Position numbers and translations under genes: made by a program
Part shown: positions 25,765 to 38,029 of the stretch, piece after piece
Numbering within the stretch: position 1 is the first letter of the stretch
Layout: every line of letters begins with the position of its first letter
The notes under the pieces: model-generated
What the model saw: the letters and a program-made list of their open reading frames with translations, nothing else
Databases searched by the model: none
Told to the model about the DNA's origin: nothing
Assembly: GCF_009834535.1 (NCBI RefSeq)
Contig: NC_045698.1
Span: 7,380,001 to 7,444,000, forward strand
DNA length: 64,000 nucleotides
DNA from: Camelus ferus
Lineage: Eukaryota
Direction: 5' to 3'

Positions 25765-25890
25765 ACTCATCCAGTCAGTCACCATGTATTTACTGAGCAC
25801 CAGGCGCTGTTCCAGCCATAGGTGTCACAACAGCACACAAGACAATAGACTCTCTGTTTCCGTTAAGCTTGTATTTCAGTGGGAGGTGGA
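25765..25890 (-). repeat. L2 3' end
   Basis: catccagtcagtcaccatgtatttactgagcaccaggcgctg...aagcttgtatttcagtggga. Confidence 0.65.
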
Positions 25891-26475
25891 GGGGGGACAA
25901 GTGGAAAAACAAACTAAAAGAGGTACAGAATGCGCTTCTAAGAATGAAGGAAAGATTTGCAAGTTGAATTCCAGGGCAGAATCCAACCCTCTGCTCAGCT
26001 TTATATTTCTTATCGAAATATAGATTATTGGTGACATCCTGATTTGGGGGGATAAGAAAAGCAGAGTCACGGAAGTGAAACACACGGGAAGGATGACAGC
26101 GACCGGTGGGAGCAGGGCTGGACACTTGAGTCAACAGACCCTCCTAACAGCAATCTACCACTGGTGGCACACTTCATTAGTTTACAAAATATTTTCATCC
26201 CCATTTGTAAGAAGGAGACTGAGACACCAAAAGATTACTTGATTATTTGACTGTCTGCAGGAATAATGCTTATTTACTGGTTCCTCAAGGAAACCATCAG
26301 AGTCCTCAGTATACAAGAGATGCACGATAAATGCCGAATTATGCTGTAAACACCTGAGCTGGTATCACTAATTGGTTGGGAGCAAGATATACATAGGTAA
26401 TCTATTTCCTAATTTTTTTCATTATCTATGCAAAGAGATTCATGTCCCCACGGATGTTTTTAACATTTTATTTTG

Positions 26476-26588
26476 TTTTGTTTTGTTTTGTTTGTTTATG
26501 TTTTTTTTTAATGGAGGTCCTGGAGATTGAACCCAGGACCTCTGTGCATGCTAAGCACACACCATATCGCTGAGCTAGACTCTCCCCC
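26476..26588 (-). mobile_element. Camelid tRNA-derived SINE (vic-1 type)
   Basis: Reverse complement of ggggagagtctagctcag...cttagcatgcac...gtcctgggttcaatctccaggacctccatt plus tail; TSD ttaacattttattttg/ttaccattttattttg. Confidence 0.9.
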
Positions 26589-27249
26589 TTACCATTTTAT
26601 TTTGAAATAATTTTAGACAGTGGTATTTGGAAAAATAGTGTAATTGATATCCATCACCACTTCCTGTAACGTTGCTCGTTTACATGCTGCAGCACAACGC
26701 TCAAACACAGGAAATCAGCCTCGGTCCAAGGCGATTAGCTAAGCTGTAGCCTTGCTTGGACTTCACCCTTTTTTCCCCTGGCACAGTGGAGGGTTAGCTC
26801 TGTAGGCTTGGAGCTGTTCCAGTCCTGCTTATTTCAGGGAAAAGACGGGCCCTTGACCAGGATAAAAGGGTCTTTAATACCCCCACCCCACCCCTCTCAC
26901 ACCCAACAAATCGTCCTATAAGTTGGAATCCTCTTCCCCCAGGTGCCTCCTGGAAGGTCAGCTCTTCATCACTATCTTCACTGCTCAGCTGGGCTCTCAA
27001 ATCCTGGATGAAGCCTTCCCGGCAGCCACGTGGTAAAGAGAAGCATGCCCGCTTCCCACAACAGAGGGCCCGCACACGAGGCTGTCACAGCACGCCTCCC
27101 GTTGCATCCGACTCTCCCCCGGCAGGCTGGGCGGGTGCTGGAGCAGGGCTGTGGTGGGCATGGATCCAACCCTCTTCTGGGATATGCGCTTTCTTTCCGC
27201 CATAACCACAAGATGCCGATGGAAGCCGCCGTGATTTGCACGCAGCCCC

Positions 27250-27600
27250 CACCCACATGGCCACCAGTGATTGGTAGAGCTGAGCCCCTAACCCCGGCAG
27301 AGCCAATCAGAGCCCTTCCCTGAGATTCGGGACCTCGGTGGGAGCAGCAGATGCGGCTGCCCTCTGGTGCTGAGGAAGACTGTGGTCTGGGGTGGGAGAA
27401 AGGGAACTCAGAGGCTGAGATAAACCCTGCAGAGAGTAGTGTAGTCCCAGACACCTCCGAGGCCCAGCTACGCCCTGTGCCCTTCCTGGGTGACAGGAGC
27501 CTTCCCTTGGGTTTCTTTCACCATCAGCCAGAAGCTTTCACTAATATAAAGACCGTGTGTCATCCTGTCTTCATCTCCAGCTGGTGGCCAGAGGCCAGGC
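27250..27600 (+). mobile_element. Old MaLR LTR (MLT1I/J/K-like) fragment
   Basis: cagtgattggt...gagccaatcagagcccttccctgagatt is the typical MLT1J/K paired-CCAAT segment. Confidence 0.55.
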
Positions 27601-28903
27601 ACACACCACACCTCACCTGACTATTGAGTGGATGAACTAGAAGAGCTCCAAGGCACCTGTCGCCAAGTCACAGGCTTCTCGGGGCCATTTCTGCCTTTCT
27701 GTTCCGGGACACGGAACCTGATCCATCAGAACCAATCGTGGGTCATTTCAAACACGTTGAACGGCTTTTATATTACAGGAACCTTCAAGAGACTGTCTGT
27801 CTAGGTGATTTGCAGACACAGTCTGCTGGCCTAATGAAACCGGAACAGCCAGTGTTTTCCGTCCTCAACTCAGGATTAGAGCGGAAAAGCTGGGGTAAGC
27901 AGGGCGCCGGGGGTGGCGCAGCTGTGAAGCCGTGCGGAGAGCGGATTGCCCGGCTCAGCACAGCCTGAGTCCGGGAAAGTCAGCTAGGACACAGCCTCGG
28001 GTGACAAAAAAGAAGGAAAAAAGGAAGTCCGGAGTTTATTTCTCAAACTCATCTTAATTTTATTTCATAGTTCATCTTAATATCAATAAATAATTCAAGA
28101 CAGAGGGAACTGGTTAGACAACAATGTTATTTCTTCTCGGTGGCTATGGCCACAGGAGGAGTGGGAATTGGAAATTGGAGTATATTTTGGGAAAACAAAA
28201 ATCTCTGTTTTGTTCATTTAAAATAAAACTTTCTTCTGATTATAAACAGACAAGTCCATTTATGGGTGAATGTAAGTTTGCGCAGGGCTGAGGCTTGGGA
28301 AGTGGGTGGGTGGTCAGGCTCTCCTGGCACCCACCTCTATGAGGTCCTGTCCAGCGGGCCCAGCAGAGTGGTTGGGGGGGGGGTCCCCGGGGAAGGAGCA
28401 CACCCCAGGGAAGAGAGCCTTGTACAGAAGCCTGGTCCTTACTCTCTCTGCCGTTGGAGCAGCAGGGAACTCGCTGAGTCTAGAGCAGGGGCAGGCAGAC
28501 ACCATCACAAGAGGGATTTCCGCTCTGGGTGGTGGAAAGCAACCTGGGGGGACCATCCCACGAGTTGGTGGGAGTCAGGGCAGTGCTCATGGTGGCAGTG
28601 GCCTCAGTGGAGAGATTTGTGATTCTTGATTATCGCTCAGCTTTGATACACTGAGGCTCTGGCCTCGGCTTCAACAGCAGCAGGCTTTGGGGTCCCAGGC
28701 TCTGGTGGCCACGAAAGGAAGGGTCTGTCCCAGCGGCGGTTCTACGGGGGCACAGGAGGCAGTGGCTTCGATGGGGCCATTGGAAGCCTCACAGCACCTC
28801 TGCTTCACCCTCACAGCACCGACAACAATTCCGAAGAGCAATTCTCTGTGAAGTTCCTTGTTTAGTATGGCTCAGCAATAGGGTGACCAGTTGTCTGCCG
28901 AAA

Positions 28904-29015
28904 TAGGGTGACTGACCTGTCTGGTTTGTCCCAGATTTCCCCAATTTTAGCACTGAAAATACTGCATCTGGGGAACCCCTCAGTCGTGGGCAAACCAGGA
29001 CAGCCGGTCCCCCTA
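28904..29015. mobile_element. MER81-like hAT-Blackjack MITE
   Basis: TIRs tagggtgactgacctgtc / ggacagccggtccccta; core ttttagcactgaaa...aacccctcagtc...ggcaaacc. Confidence 0.82.
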
Positions 29016-29019
29016 CTTA

Positions 29020-29140
29020 GCAGACAGATGGGAGTCTCCGTGAGCAGGGCCCCTGGGTCTGGAATCTGCTCTTTCTCGTGCATCTCTGCTCAGACATAGC
29101 GTCTTGCACAGACTGTGCATCCAATAAATACTCACTGAAC
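29020..29140 (+). repeat. L2 3' end
   Basis: ctccgtgagcaggg...ttgcacag...caataaatactcactgaa. Confidence 0.6.
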
Positions 29141-29738
29141 AAAAATTATGATGATGACTGGAAAGGCTCTGTAAATATTTGCTAAACGGATGCCCCCCTG
29201 CCAGTAAATGAGTTGTTTTTGGTATTATAATACATTACCAGTAAGTGGGACAAACTGGATTTACAGACTTGTTCAAAAAGGAATAGAGATTTTTGTGCAA
29301 GTAGAGAGTGCTAAGGGGGGACGTTTAGCAGAGCTAAATCCTCTAAAACAGATCAGCAAATGACCTCCAGAGGCTTGATTTCTTGAATCAGTCTTAAGTG
29401 AGGATTATGGATTTCCAGATCCTCTCAGATATGAGGGACCGAAGCAGGAAAGACAGATGTTGGACAAATGCAACAATTAGGAAAAGTAAGAACTGTTTAC
29501 ATGGCAGGTCACGTAACATAGCAACTTCACAACCATTCCTTTGGGTGGGGTGCATAAGATCATAGGCTTGGAGAGGTGACACGATTTGAATCTTGGCCAC
29601 TTTGTGTGGTTTTACAGCACATGCTCCCACTTCACCTTTACTGGGGACACAGTGATGGAACCCAACAGCCCGATGGTTTCCTGAGGCTGTCTGAGCTCCA
29701 AGCCTCCTGATGTTTCCGTAACTGTAGGCTGATTACCA

Positions 29739-30346
29739 TGTAATGATGTTAAAATGTTGGAAAGGGACCAGCACAGCCCATCTGGTTGCTTGCTCCTTGC
29801 ATGTCTCCAAGGAAACCTGGAGCTGTGACATACCCTTGGCCCAGCCTTGGGAACGTGGCCCTTGGGAGGTTTGTGAGTCAGTGATTGATGATGTTGTATA
29901 CACCTGGAACGGTGGACCGTGCCCTGTAAGCTTGTCAGGATGGCTTTGCACAAACACCAAGACTGATGATGCGTACCTAGTTTCATCGTTGGAGTCCTGA
30001 GTTTCCGTTGCCATGGGTGATTGATAGCAGGATGTGTCCATGTGACCAACCCCCCATAAATGCCATGGACCTGCAGACCTGTGTGGCTTTCCCTGTCCAG
30101 GGGCCTTCCACTCATGACCCTGTAGTTCTCTGCCAGAGAAAAAGCACGTTCCGAGGGGGCTCGGATGAGGACGCACGGCAGGGGAGCCCATGCTGGATTT
30201 CTGTGGATTTCGCCAACATCCATCTTTTCCAGTCACTTCTGCTTTGCTGTAATAAATCTCAACCCCAAGTTCAACTCACATAGTGGAGTCCTGTCAATCT
30301 TTCTAGCAAATCCCCAAACTTAGGGAGATGTGGACCCTCCAACACA
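29739..30346 (+). mobile_element. MER21/MER68-group ERVL solo LTR (5' boundary uncertain)
   Basis: catgtgaccaacccccataaa, ctttgctgtaataaatctcaacc...gagtcctgt...tctagcaaatccccaaact...gaccctccaacaca. Confidence 0.7.
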
Positions 30347-30861
30347 GGAGAGGAGACAAGGAAGCCTGGCTCCTCTTTATTCTGCTGGACGCTGCCCGAC
30401 CTGAGATCCGGGCCATGCACACTCTCACCCAGCCCCTCACCTTCCACATTTGAATGCAGGCTGGGAGAACCAGGGCTAGAACAGAACAGGCAGAGCAGGA
30501 CCTCAAAAGATAATCCCTTTGGAGGCAGGTTCCTTTTTGCTCAAAGCCCCAGGGTTTACCCACCTGGAAAATGCTGCCAGAAAGTGTGATGGCAGAAGGG
30601 GTAGGGAGGGTGAAGGTCCTTAGGGGGCAAAGTTCAGGGCTCATTGCCTTTTGGAATCTCTGTGATTTTTGGACTCAAGTTAATTTCCATAACTGGAGTC
30701 AAAGCCACAAGGGCTCCCCTAGACCTCTGTTACACATTACTGGTTCAGCCAGGCAAGTACTTTGGGTCAAAGTAGCTTCAAGCCCTGCAAATCCCTCTCT
30801 ATGTGTGCATACCTGTGTCTCACAGTCCAGGAGCACATTGCAAATCCATTCTGTCTCCCTT

Positions 30862-30868
30862 TATCTAC

Positions 30869-30913
<45 letters not shown>

Positions 30914-30941
30914 AACCTACCTACCCTATCTATCTATCATC
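30862..30941. repeat. (TCTA)n tetranucleotide microsatellite, compound with (CCTA)
   Basis: About 10 uninterrupted tcta units read directly. Confidence 0.97.
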
Positions 30942-31079
30942 TCTGAATAGTCAAATTTCAAATCCATTCTCTCTTTTTTGTCTATCTATATCTATTTTTC
31001 TGGTTGTTTACCTATAACATTTTTATTTGTATAAATGTCTGAGCTCAATCATAGACACAAATACCAATTAAACATTCAA

Positions 31080-31850
31080 AAAGTGAGATATCTGAACAAT
31101 TACAAGTATATCTGCTTTCCCAAAAAAAATCCAAGCATCATTTCTTTTGCATCAGAAATGAAAGCTAATCTGGAATAACCAAAACAATCTTGTAAGAGAA
31201 AAATAAAGTAAGAGGACACATGCATCCTGATTACAAAATATATTTCAAAGCAATGGCAATAAGACAGTGTGGTACTTGCATAGGATGAACATATGGACCG
31301 ACAAAAGAGAAGTATAGAGTTCAGAAACAAACTCATGAGTCTGTGGTCAACTGATCTTCAACAAGGGTGCCAAGAGCATTCAATGGGAGAAAGAATGCCT
31401 TTTCAACAAATGGAACAGCCACATGCAAAAGAATGAATTTTGACTTTTATCTCACACCTATACAAAATTTAACTTAAAACTGGTCAAAGATTTATATGTA
31501 AGAGCTAAAACTATAAAGCTTAGAGGAAAATGTGAGCAAACCTTCATGATATTGGAATTGGTGATGTTTTCTCAGCTGTGACACCAAAAGTACAAGCAAC
31601 AAAGGAAAAAAGCAGATAAGTTGCACATCATCGTGATGAAAATGACGCTCATCTAGAAAAAGTGGAAAAACAGCCGACAGAACTGGAGAAAATATTGGCA
31701 AGCCATAGATCTGAGGAGAGTCCAGGATCCCAAATATATGAAACTCTTACAACTCAACAAGACCACCCAGTTTAAAAATGAGCAAAGAACTTGCATAGAC
31801 ATTTTCCCAAACATAATGTATGAATGGACAACAAGCCCATACAAAGATGT
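31080..31850 (+). mobile_element. Old LINE-1 ORF2 fragment
   Basis: aagacagtgtggtacttgcat...ggtcaactgatcttcaacaagggtgccaag...ttttcaacaaatgg...gtaagagctaaaactataaa. Confidence 0.88.
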
Positions 31851-32109
31851 GACTTAAGCTTAAGTCAACGTGACCAACAACTGGACAAAATTGCATCATG
31901 GGTCTTCAGGTTGGGGGCAGGCACTGAGGAAGTCTCTTTAGTATACATTCTTACCAAAAATCCAAAACCTCAGATAAACCCCAATTTCAGGGGATTTGGT
32001 GAAGGTATATGAGAGTTTTTTTTAATACTAATCTCCTAGGTAACAACTTTTATATCCCCTTCAGAAATATCATTGTTATTCAGGACAAAAAGAAGGCAAA
32101 CAAGGATGT

Positions 32110-32540
32110 CAGATGAAAACAGATCAAAGCAAATTGGCGACTAAATATAACGTGTGATCCTGGTTTGGATCCTGGACTGGGAGAAAAACACTATGGAGAC
32201 GTTACTGGGGCACTTGGTAATTAGTAATAGTATTCCATCAGTGGTAAATTTCCCCACTCAGGTAACTGCACTGTGGTTGCTGGAGAGACTGCCCTTGTTC
32301 TTAACAGGCATATGTGGGACTGTTTAGGGATGAAGGAGCATGATGTCTGCAACCCACTCTTAAATGGACCAGGAAGAAAGTAATATATATATTTACTGAG
32401 AGGAAGAGAGCTGATGTGGCAAAACAGGGCAAAGTGTTAACAATGGGTGTGCATCTGGATGAAGGGTCTGTGGGGTTTTTTCTTCTATTTGTGCAATTCT
32501 TCTGTAAGCTTGTTATTATTTAAAAATAAAAAGTTAAAAT
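32110..32540 (+). mobile_element. Old L1 (L1MC/ME-like) 3'UTR
   Basis: gtgtgatcctggtttggatcctggac...gcatgatgtctgcaac...ttctgtaagcttg...aaaataaaaagtt. Confidence 0.8.
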
Positions 32541-33096
32541 AATTATAGTATTTTATATCCTTTTATAACATAATAATATAAATATTTATACAATATGAAG
32601 TAATTATAATATAAAAATTATAATAAAAGTAAGTAAAATTTTTATAATAAAAATAAAATATGTCTAGTACAAAGTTAGAAAAACAAGAGTTTCTGCCGTA
32701 AAAACTTTAGGATGAGATCACCCCCAGCCCACAGGAGGCAGTGCAGCCCCCCATCCCGATGTCACTTAGCCTGGCCGGGCGGGCTATGAACAGAGCAAAT
32801 TCCACTTGTCACTGACACTGACTTAAGAGTCCCTGAGGCCTGGAGTTTGCCTGGGAGACAAGAGGATGGTTTCCTGGCAGAAGATGAGGAGGAGGAGAAA
32901 AATCACTTGTGCAGCGAAGTGAGATTCTAGATGACACACTGAATGTGCCCTCTGCATTAGAGACCGGCTATGGCTTCCCACACCTGCCCCTTCTGGCTCC
33001 AGGTAATGAGATCCATGTGACCTCAAGCCAAGGTGTGTAGGTTGAGCACCTACTGTGTGTAGAAGCCTGTGGAAGTGAGGAGGCCACTTGGGAGGC

Positions 33097-33097
<1 letters not shown>

Positions 33098-33124
<27 letters not shown>
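33098..33124. repeat. (TG)n microsatellite
   Basis: Read directly. Confidence 0.95.
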
Positions 33125-33127
<3 letters not shown>

Positions 33128-33239
33128 AGGTGTGTGCAAACTCCGCAGAGCTTTGCAGCAATGCTATGGGTTATTACCCATTGGGGTCGGGGGAGGGGGC
33201 ATGCAACCTAATTCCTCTGCGGAAACCATTTCAAAACAG

Positions 33240-33440
33240 TGGGCTGATGGTTAACACTTCAGAGCGCTTACTCTGTGCCAAATATTTCACCAGCATTAAC
33301 CCCTAACACTCACAACCACTCCAGGGAGGAAGATTCTCCATCGTCTCCTATTTATAAGTGAGAGGTCAAGTGACTCTCCCAAGGCCACTCCACCATGACA
33401 GCTGCTGCTGGGACCTGAGCCTCTGAGTCAAAGCCTAGCA
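33240..33440 (-). repeat. MIR SINE
   Basis: gagcgcttactctgtgcca...ctcacaaccactcc...gagaggtcaagtgactctcccaaggccac. Confidence 0.7.
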
Positions 33441-33579
33441 GGTAAACACACATCTCGCTCTTTTTTGAGCCTGTCCTGGGATGTACGTTGAGTCACCTAT
33501 AGGAAGCAGCTCTAAGGGGCCCCTGAGGGCGTCCTTCTCACGCTGGGAGACAAGCCAACAGTCTTTGCAAGATGGGGTT

Positions 33580-33715
33580 GGGGGGAGGGCATAGCTCAGT
33601 GGTAGAGCGAGTGCTCAGCCTGCACGAGATCCCAGGTTCAATCCCCAGTACCTCCATTAAAAAATAATTACATAAACCTAGTTACCTCTCCCCGCCACAT
33701 ATTAAAAAATACACA
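33580..33715 (+). mobile_element. Camelid tRNA-derived SINE (vic-1 type, long-tail variant)
   Basis: ggggagggcatagctcagtggtagagcgagtgctcagcctgcacgagatcccaggttcaatccccagtacctccatt...taaacctagttacctctcccc. Confidence 0.92.
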
Positions 33716-33872
33716 AAAATGAAAGATGCTGTATACTGACAAAGAGGGGCTGGAGGGTTTCAAGGGACAAGCACGCTGGTAGAACAGAGTAAAATTAGGC
33801 AGGAGAGAGGCAGGTGAAAAAGTTGGAGAGAAAGAGACCGGGGCCTGGGCCAGTGGGTGGTGGCGTTTTAGT

Positions 33873-33873
<1 letters not shown>

Positions 33874-33903
<30 letters not shown>
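33874..33903. repeat. (TG)n microsatellite
   Basis: Read directly. Confidence 0.95.
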
Positions 33904-33905
<2 letters not shown>

Positions 33906-35528
33906 GGGTGACCCCAGGGAAGGGTGGGAGATGCCCCTGGGGATGTGGGCCAGGTGTGGACAGTGAAGGACCCTGTAGGGCATGTTAGGTATTAGGGATG
34001 TGCCCTGGAGTCTGTGAGTAAAGGGATTTTAAGCGAGGCTGTGGTAGGGATTGTGATGGCAGGCGTATAAAGCGTCTCTGGCAGGCTGGAGGAGGACCGG
34101 GAAGGGCACAGAACCAAGCAGAGGCAGGACACCCACGAGGGTTCCCAAGAGCGCGGTGCCTTATACGTCCTCTGCACGCGGTGGGAGAACCCTGTCTCAC
34201 GTCTTCCAAGGCGGAGCGCTCCAACCCAGTTCCCTGCCCATGAATATACACACACACAGAACTTGGTTCCCAGGTTAATTTTTCTCTTGGCCTCTCTTCC
34301 TGGGTGAGTGAGTTGGCTTCACTTTTCCTGGTTACCACACAACAACCGTCCCCTCGACGCCAGGTTGCTGTGACACCTGCCGAGAGCCGCCTGCATCGAA
34401 CGCCAAGCAAACGTTTTTCAGGCTTGTGAAACTCCAACCCCAGGGGGCTGCTATAATAGTTTTAAAGACCTTGAAAGTACTTTGATGAAGTGATACTTAT
34501 AATAAACTCCTATCACACCCGCAAATCTGTGTGTACCATCTGCCTTTATTAAAGACGATTTGATGGTTTTCCCATAAAGGACCCCCGCCACTGCTCTCAG
34601 GCTCAGCCACAGAAGATTTAGGTTACAGTCACTCCTGGTTCCCAAACAGTTAAGCGTCGTTGTGCCAGTATTTGGCATGTAGTGGGTACATAATAAATGC
34701 TTGTGGGATGAGAGTGAATGAGTAACTGAATAAAAGGCACCGGCAGTGATGATGACCTAATTAAAATCTTGCTAATTTAAAAATCCCAGCCTGGAGCAGC
34801 TGTGACTTCCAACACCACCCATGAGAGGGGCATGTAGCTCAGGGCCCAGGTTTTGCAAACAGAGGGGCAAAGATGAGACTGAGGGACAGAGGAATTCTGC
34901 CTGTCCCCTCAGCAACTGGTCTGGCTCGTCCTGGCGGCATCTGCCACTCGGGCCCTGTTCAGCATCACTCCTGCCAGGTCCCCCAGGTGTGGGCCAGGGG
35001 CTCCGATGTCTCAGAACGCGATAGTGCAATAACTTGTTTCCCTGGAAACAGCACAGGAGTAGCAGACTTGGCCTGAGGGGGCTAGTACACTTGACCTTAC
35101 CCTGTGCCTGGCCCCTGCGCTGGTAGCTCCTGACCCCAGGTGGGCCTCGGCACCCAGCCTGATGGCTTGTCCAGTTAAGCAGGTGAGTGCATCATTCTCC
35201 ACCTCAGCTGTTCCAGGGCCCAGCCTGCCACTCCCTTCTTCCAGTTTTCATTTGGGAATTCTTTTAAGCCTCAAGGCACGGATTCATCCTCGGAATGCTT
35301 CTCCCATGGGAGTGCAGGCCTCCACCAGAAGGCCCAGCCCCAGGCAGGTGCTTCGAGCCTCCCCCACAGCCCGGGGGTACCCGTCAAGTTTACCTGCAGA
35401 AGCAGGGGACCCCAACAGGAGCCACCTGGAGAAGCAAGGTGCATATTTCAGTGTCCCTGACACTTGAACTGCTTTTAAATCTGGTGGCAAATTGTTTACT
35501 ATACATTCCTGTTAAAAACAACCACACA

Positions 35529-35643
35529 GGGGGCAGGGGTTATAGCTCAGTGGTAGAGTGTGTGCTTAGCATGCAAAGGTCCTGGATTCAGTCCCCAGTA
35601 TTTGCATTAGCAACAATAACAACACACACACACACACACACAC
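35529..35643 (+). mobile_element. Camelid tRNA-derived SINE with (CA)n tail
   Basis: ggggttatagctcagtggtagagtgtgtgcttagcatgcaaaggtcctggattcagtccccagta; TSD acaaccacaca at 35518-35528 and 35644-35654. Confidence 0.92.
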
Positions 35644-36239
35644 ACAACCACACAACCTGAGGGTTGCTTTGAATTCTAGAAAAAGCCAAGTCACTCAAAG
35701 CTGAGTCTGGGGAGCAGGGGGAGTGATCAAATTTGGATAAAGAAGGCATTTTTAGGTGAAAAATGAGGACTGCTTTGAAAGCAATCAAACTAGTTTTCAT
35801 ATGTGACTCAACCTGAATTTTGTAAGCACCACGCAGATGTCTTGGCAAAGGCGGCTGCGTTACTTAAAAGTATGACTTCTCCAGAGAGCCCATGACGACC
35901 TTTATTCAGATGGGCAAATCGAGGTATGTTTTTGAAAACCTAGTCAATGATTTATTCACAACAAGTACTGTTTGCAAAACAGATATGAACATACCAGAAT
36001 GATCAAGGTAGCGTCCACCATTCTTTAAAAATGTCCTTGCTTTAGAAAGTAACAGATTCGTGTATGTGCTGACCATTTCCCACTTTCTTTTCTTTCTGTC
36101 ATCACAGAAATAAGAGGCCCTGAGTCACAGGGCTTCTTGTACAAGATCAGCCCTGGTTCCTGGCATCTCAGAAAGGCACCGGATTAGGGTATTGACCAGC
36201 CTCTCTCCTAAATGGATGCATTCAGAACATTCTGAGTCT

Positions 36240-36660
36240 CTATGGCCGACCCATTAGAAATCCATACAAAATCCATGCCTCCCCTCCACCTTGTTAGCTG
36301 ATAACCACTGTTTGATCCAGCTACGTATATGCCCTTGCAGCTGGAGGCCCACTGAAAAAAAGCAGAAGTCACCTGGCTTTTGCAAAATCTTTGGCTTTCC
36401 TGATAAAAGACACAAGCATGGCCAGAACCTTCTCTTCTTCCCCTTCTTGCTGTCTTTGAAGGAAGACATGATGTCTAGAGCTGCAGCAGCCCTTTTGAAA
36501 CCAAGAGGAGACAAGACTGAGGATGAATATCCAGACAGGAGGAGGATAAGCCTGGGTCCCTGATGGTATTGTCCAACAGTGGCAGCAAGGCCAGCAGTCT
36601 TACACCTCTGGGCTTCTCAGCACACAGGAACCACAAGGCCGTCTGGTCCAGTGGTCAGCC
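36240..36660 (+). mobile_element. Old MaLR LTR (MLT1J-like) fragment
   Basis: gacatgatgtctagagctgcagcagcccttttgaaacca...agcctgggtccctgatgg. Confidence 0.55.
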
Positions 36661-37049
36661 TCTCTGCTTCCTGCAGGCAGACCTGGCCCAGCCTCACACA
36701 CCGGTCACTTTTTTACATAACGAACACATGACAAGCACTGCTGTGTGGCAGGCAGGCAGGAAGGCATGGGCAGCAGAAGCGTTTCCCAACCTGAGCTGAG
36801 TCTGTTTGTTTAGAGGAGGGGTGGGAGGAACCACAGATCTTCGAGGCTGGTAGTTCTTGCCTTGGTAGAATTCCGGAACCAATAGTTCTAACATAATTAC
36901 GACTTTCTTCTTTAAAATGCATTAAGGCAGTTGTATATTAACATTTTACATTTGCAAGTGACTCATGTGCTTAGGAAGCCATAATCTTCTTGAGGGTGGC
37001 GGGGAGGGGCTGGGATGCTGGTTAAGATGCCCAAGGGAGGGGCGAAAGG

Positions 37050-37250
37050 AATCTGGTGTTCAGCATGTGCCGGCTCTGTGCCCACGCTGACGGGAGACAC
37101 CACTGACATCACTTCATTTAAGTCTCACCCTCACCATGACAAGGTCTTACTCCCTCTCCTTTATACATGTTGAACACAAGTCTCAGAGAGGTTGAGTCAT
37201 TTGCTCAAAGTCACAGAGCTGTTGGAACAGATCTCTTCCATAGCCCCAAC
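37050..37250 (-). repeat. MIR SINE
   Basis: ttcatttaagtctcac...tctcagagaggttgagtcatttgctcaaagtcacagagct. Confidence 0.7.
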
Positions 37251-37846
37251 CTCATACCTCGCACACGACTAGATTTGAGTCATGAATTTTTGATGGAAAA
37301 AAGCAGAGAAGAGCCTAGTCCCAACCTTAGAAGCATATGATTTCTTCTGGAGGTGGCATGGGGGAAAAAGGTATGACTTTAGAGGCTCCTGAACTTTTTC
37401 TTTTGATGTATTAGCTTAAGAAAATTGCTCTGTTGCTCTCTGGAATATTTACAGAGAATGTGAATTATGAACTGTTGAAAGAGACATTAATAGATGTGAA
37501 ATTTTTGTCATGATTAAACTAAGGCTGTGTTCATAAGGAACAGACTGAAGGGGCCATCTGTTTAATCCTCCTCTCTTCTTGAGAGGATTTAGCAGAATTA
37601 TGACTAAGTAACCCCGAAGACAGTTATACCATAGTCTTTCTCATGTCAGATGGGTGGAGAGAGAGCTCAAGGTCGGAGTCTCAGGCATAGTACAGAAATA
37701 TCCATTACCCTGAAGTCTTTTTAATTAGCTTCATTTCTACCAAAAGAATCCTGGAAGCTGCACTGTGGCTCAGTGGGTGGATTCAGGATATGTGTAGGAA
37801 AGTTGGTGAACAGATAAGAGGTGAACAATTCTAAACAGGCATTTTC

Positions 37847-37948
37847 CTTTTTGTAAAAAATATTTTTTCATGGAGGTACTGGGAATTGAACCCAGGACCT
37901 TGTGCAGGCTAGGCATGAGTTCTACCACTGAGCTATACCCGCTCCCCC
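37847..37948 (-). mobile_element. Camelid tRNA-derived SINE
   Basis: atggaggtactgggaattgaacccaggaccttgtgcaggctaggcatgagttctaccactgagctataccc; TSD aaacaggcattttc/aaacaggtgtcttc. Confidence 0.92.
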
Positions 37949-38029
37949 AAACAGGTGTCTTCTGTGTCATTGTCTCAAATGGCCCTCCCCTGGAGGGAGC
38001 AGGGGGGAGGCAGAAGGTGAGGTGCTCCG

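Noticed and set aside
27250..27330. Paired CCAAT boxes suggesting a host NF-Y promoter
   Set aside because: Explained by the MLT1J/K-type LTR consensus segment
29612..30223. Longest ORF in the track (203 aa)
   Set aside because: Lies antisense across a MER21-group LTR, has a non-ATG start and no domain features
33580..33656. tRNA gene candidates (also at 26476, 35529, 37847, 48755, 62383)
   Set aside because: A-rich tails, TSDs and degenerate stems show they are SINEs, not tRNA genes
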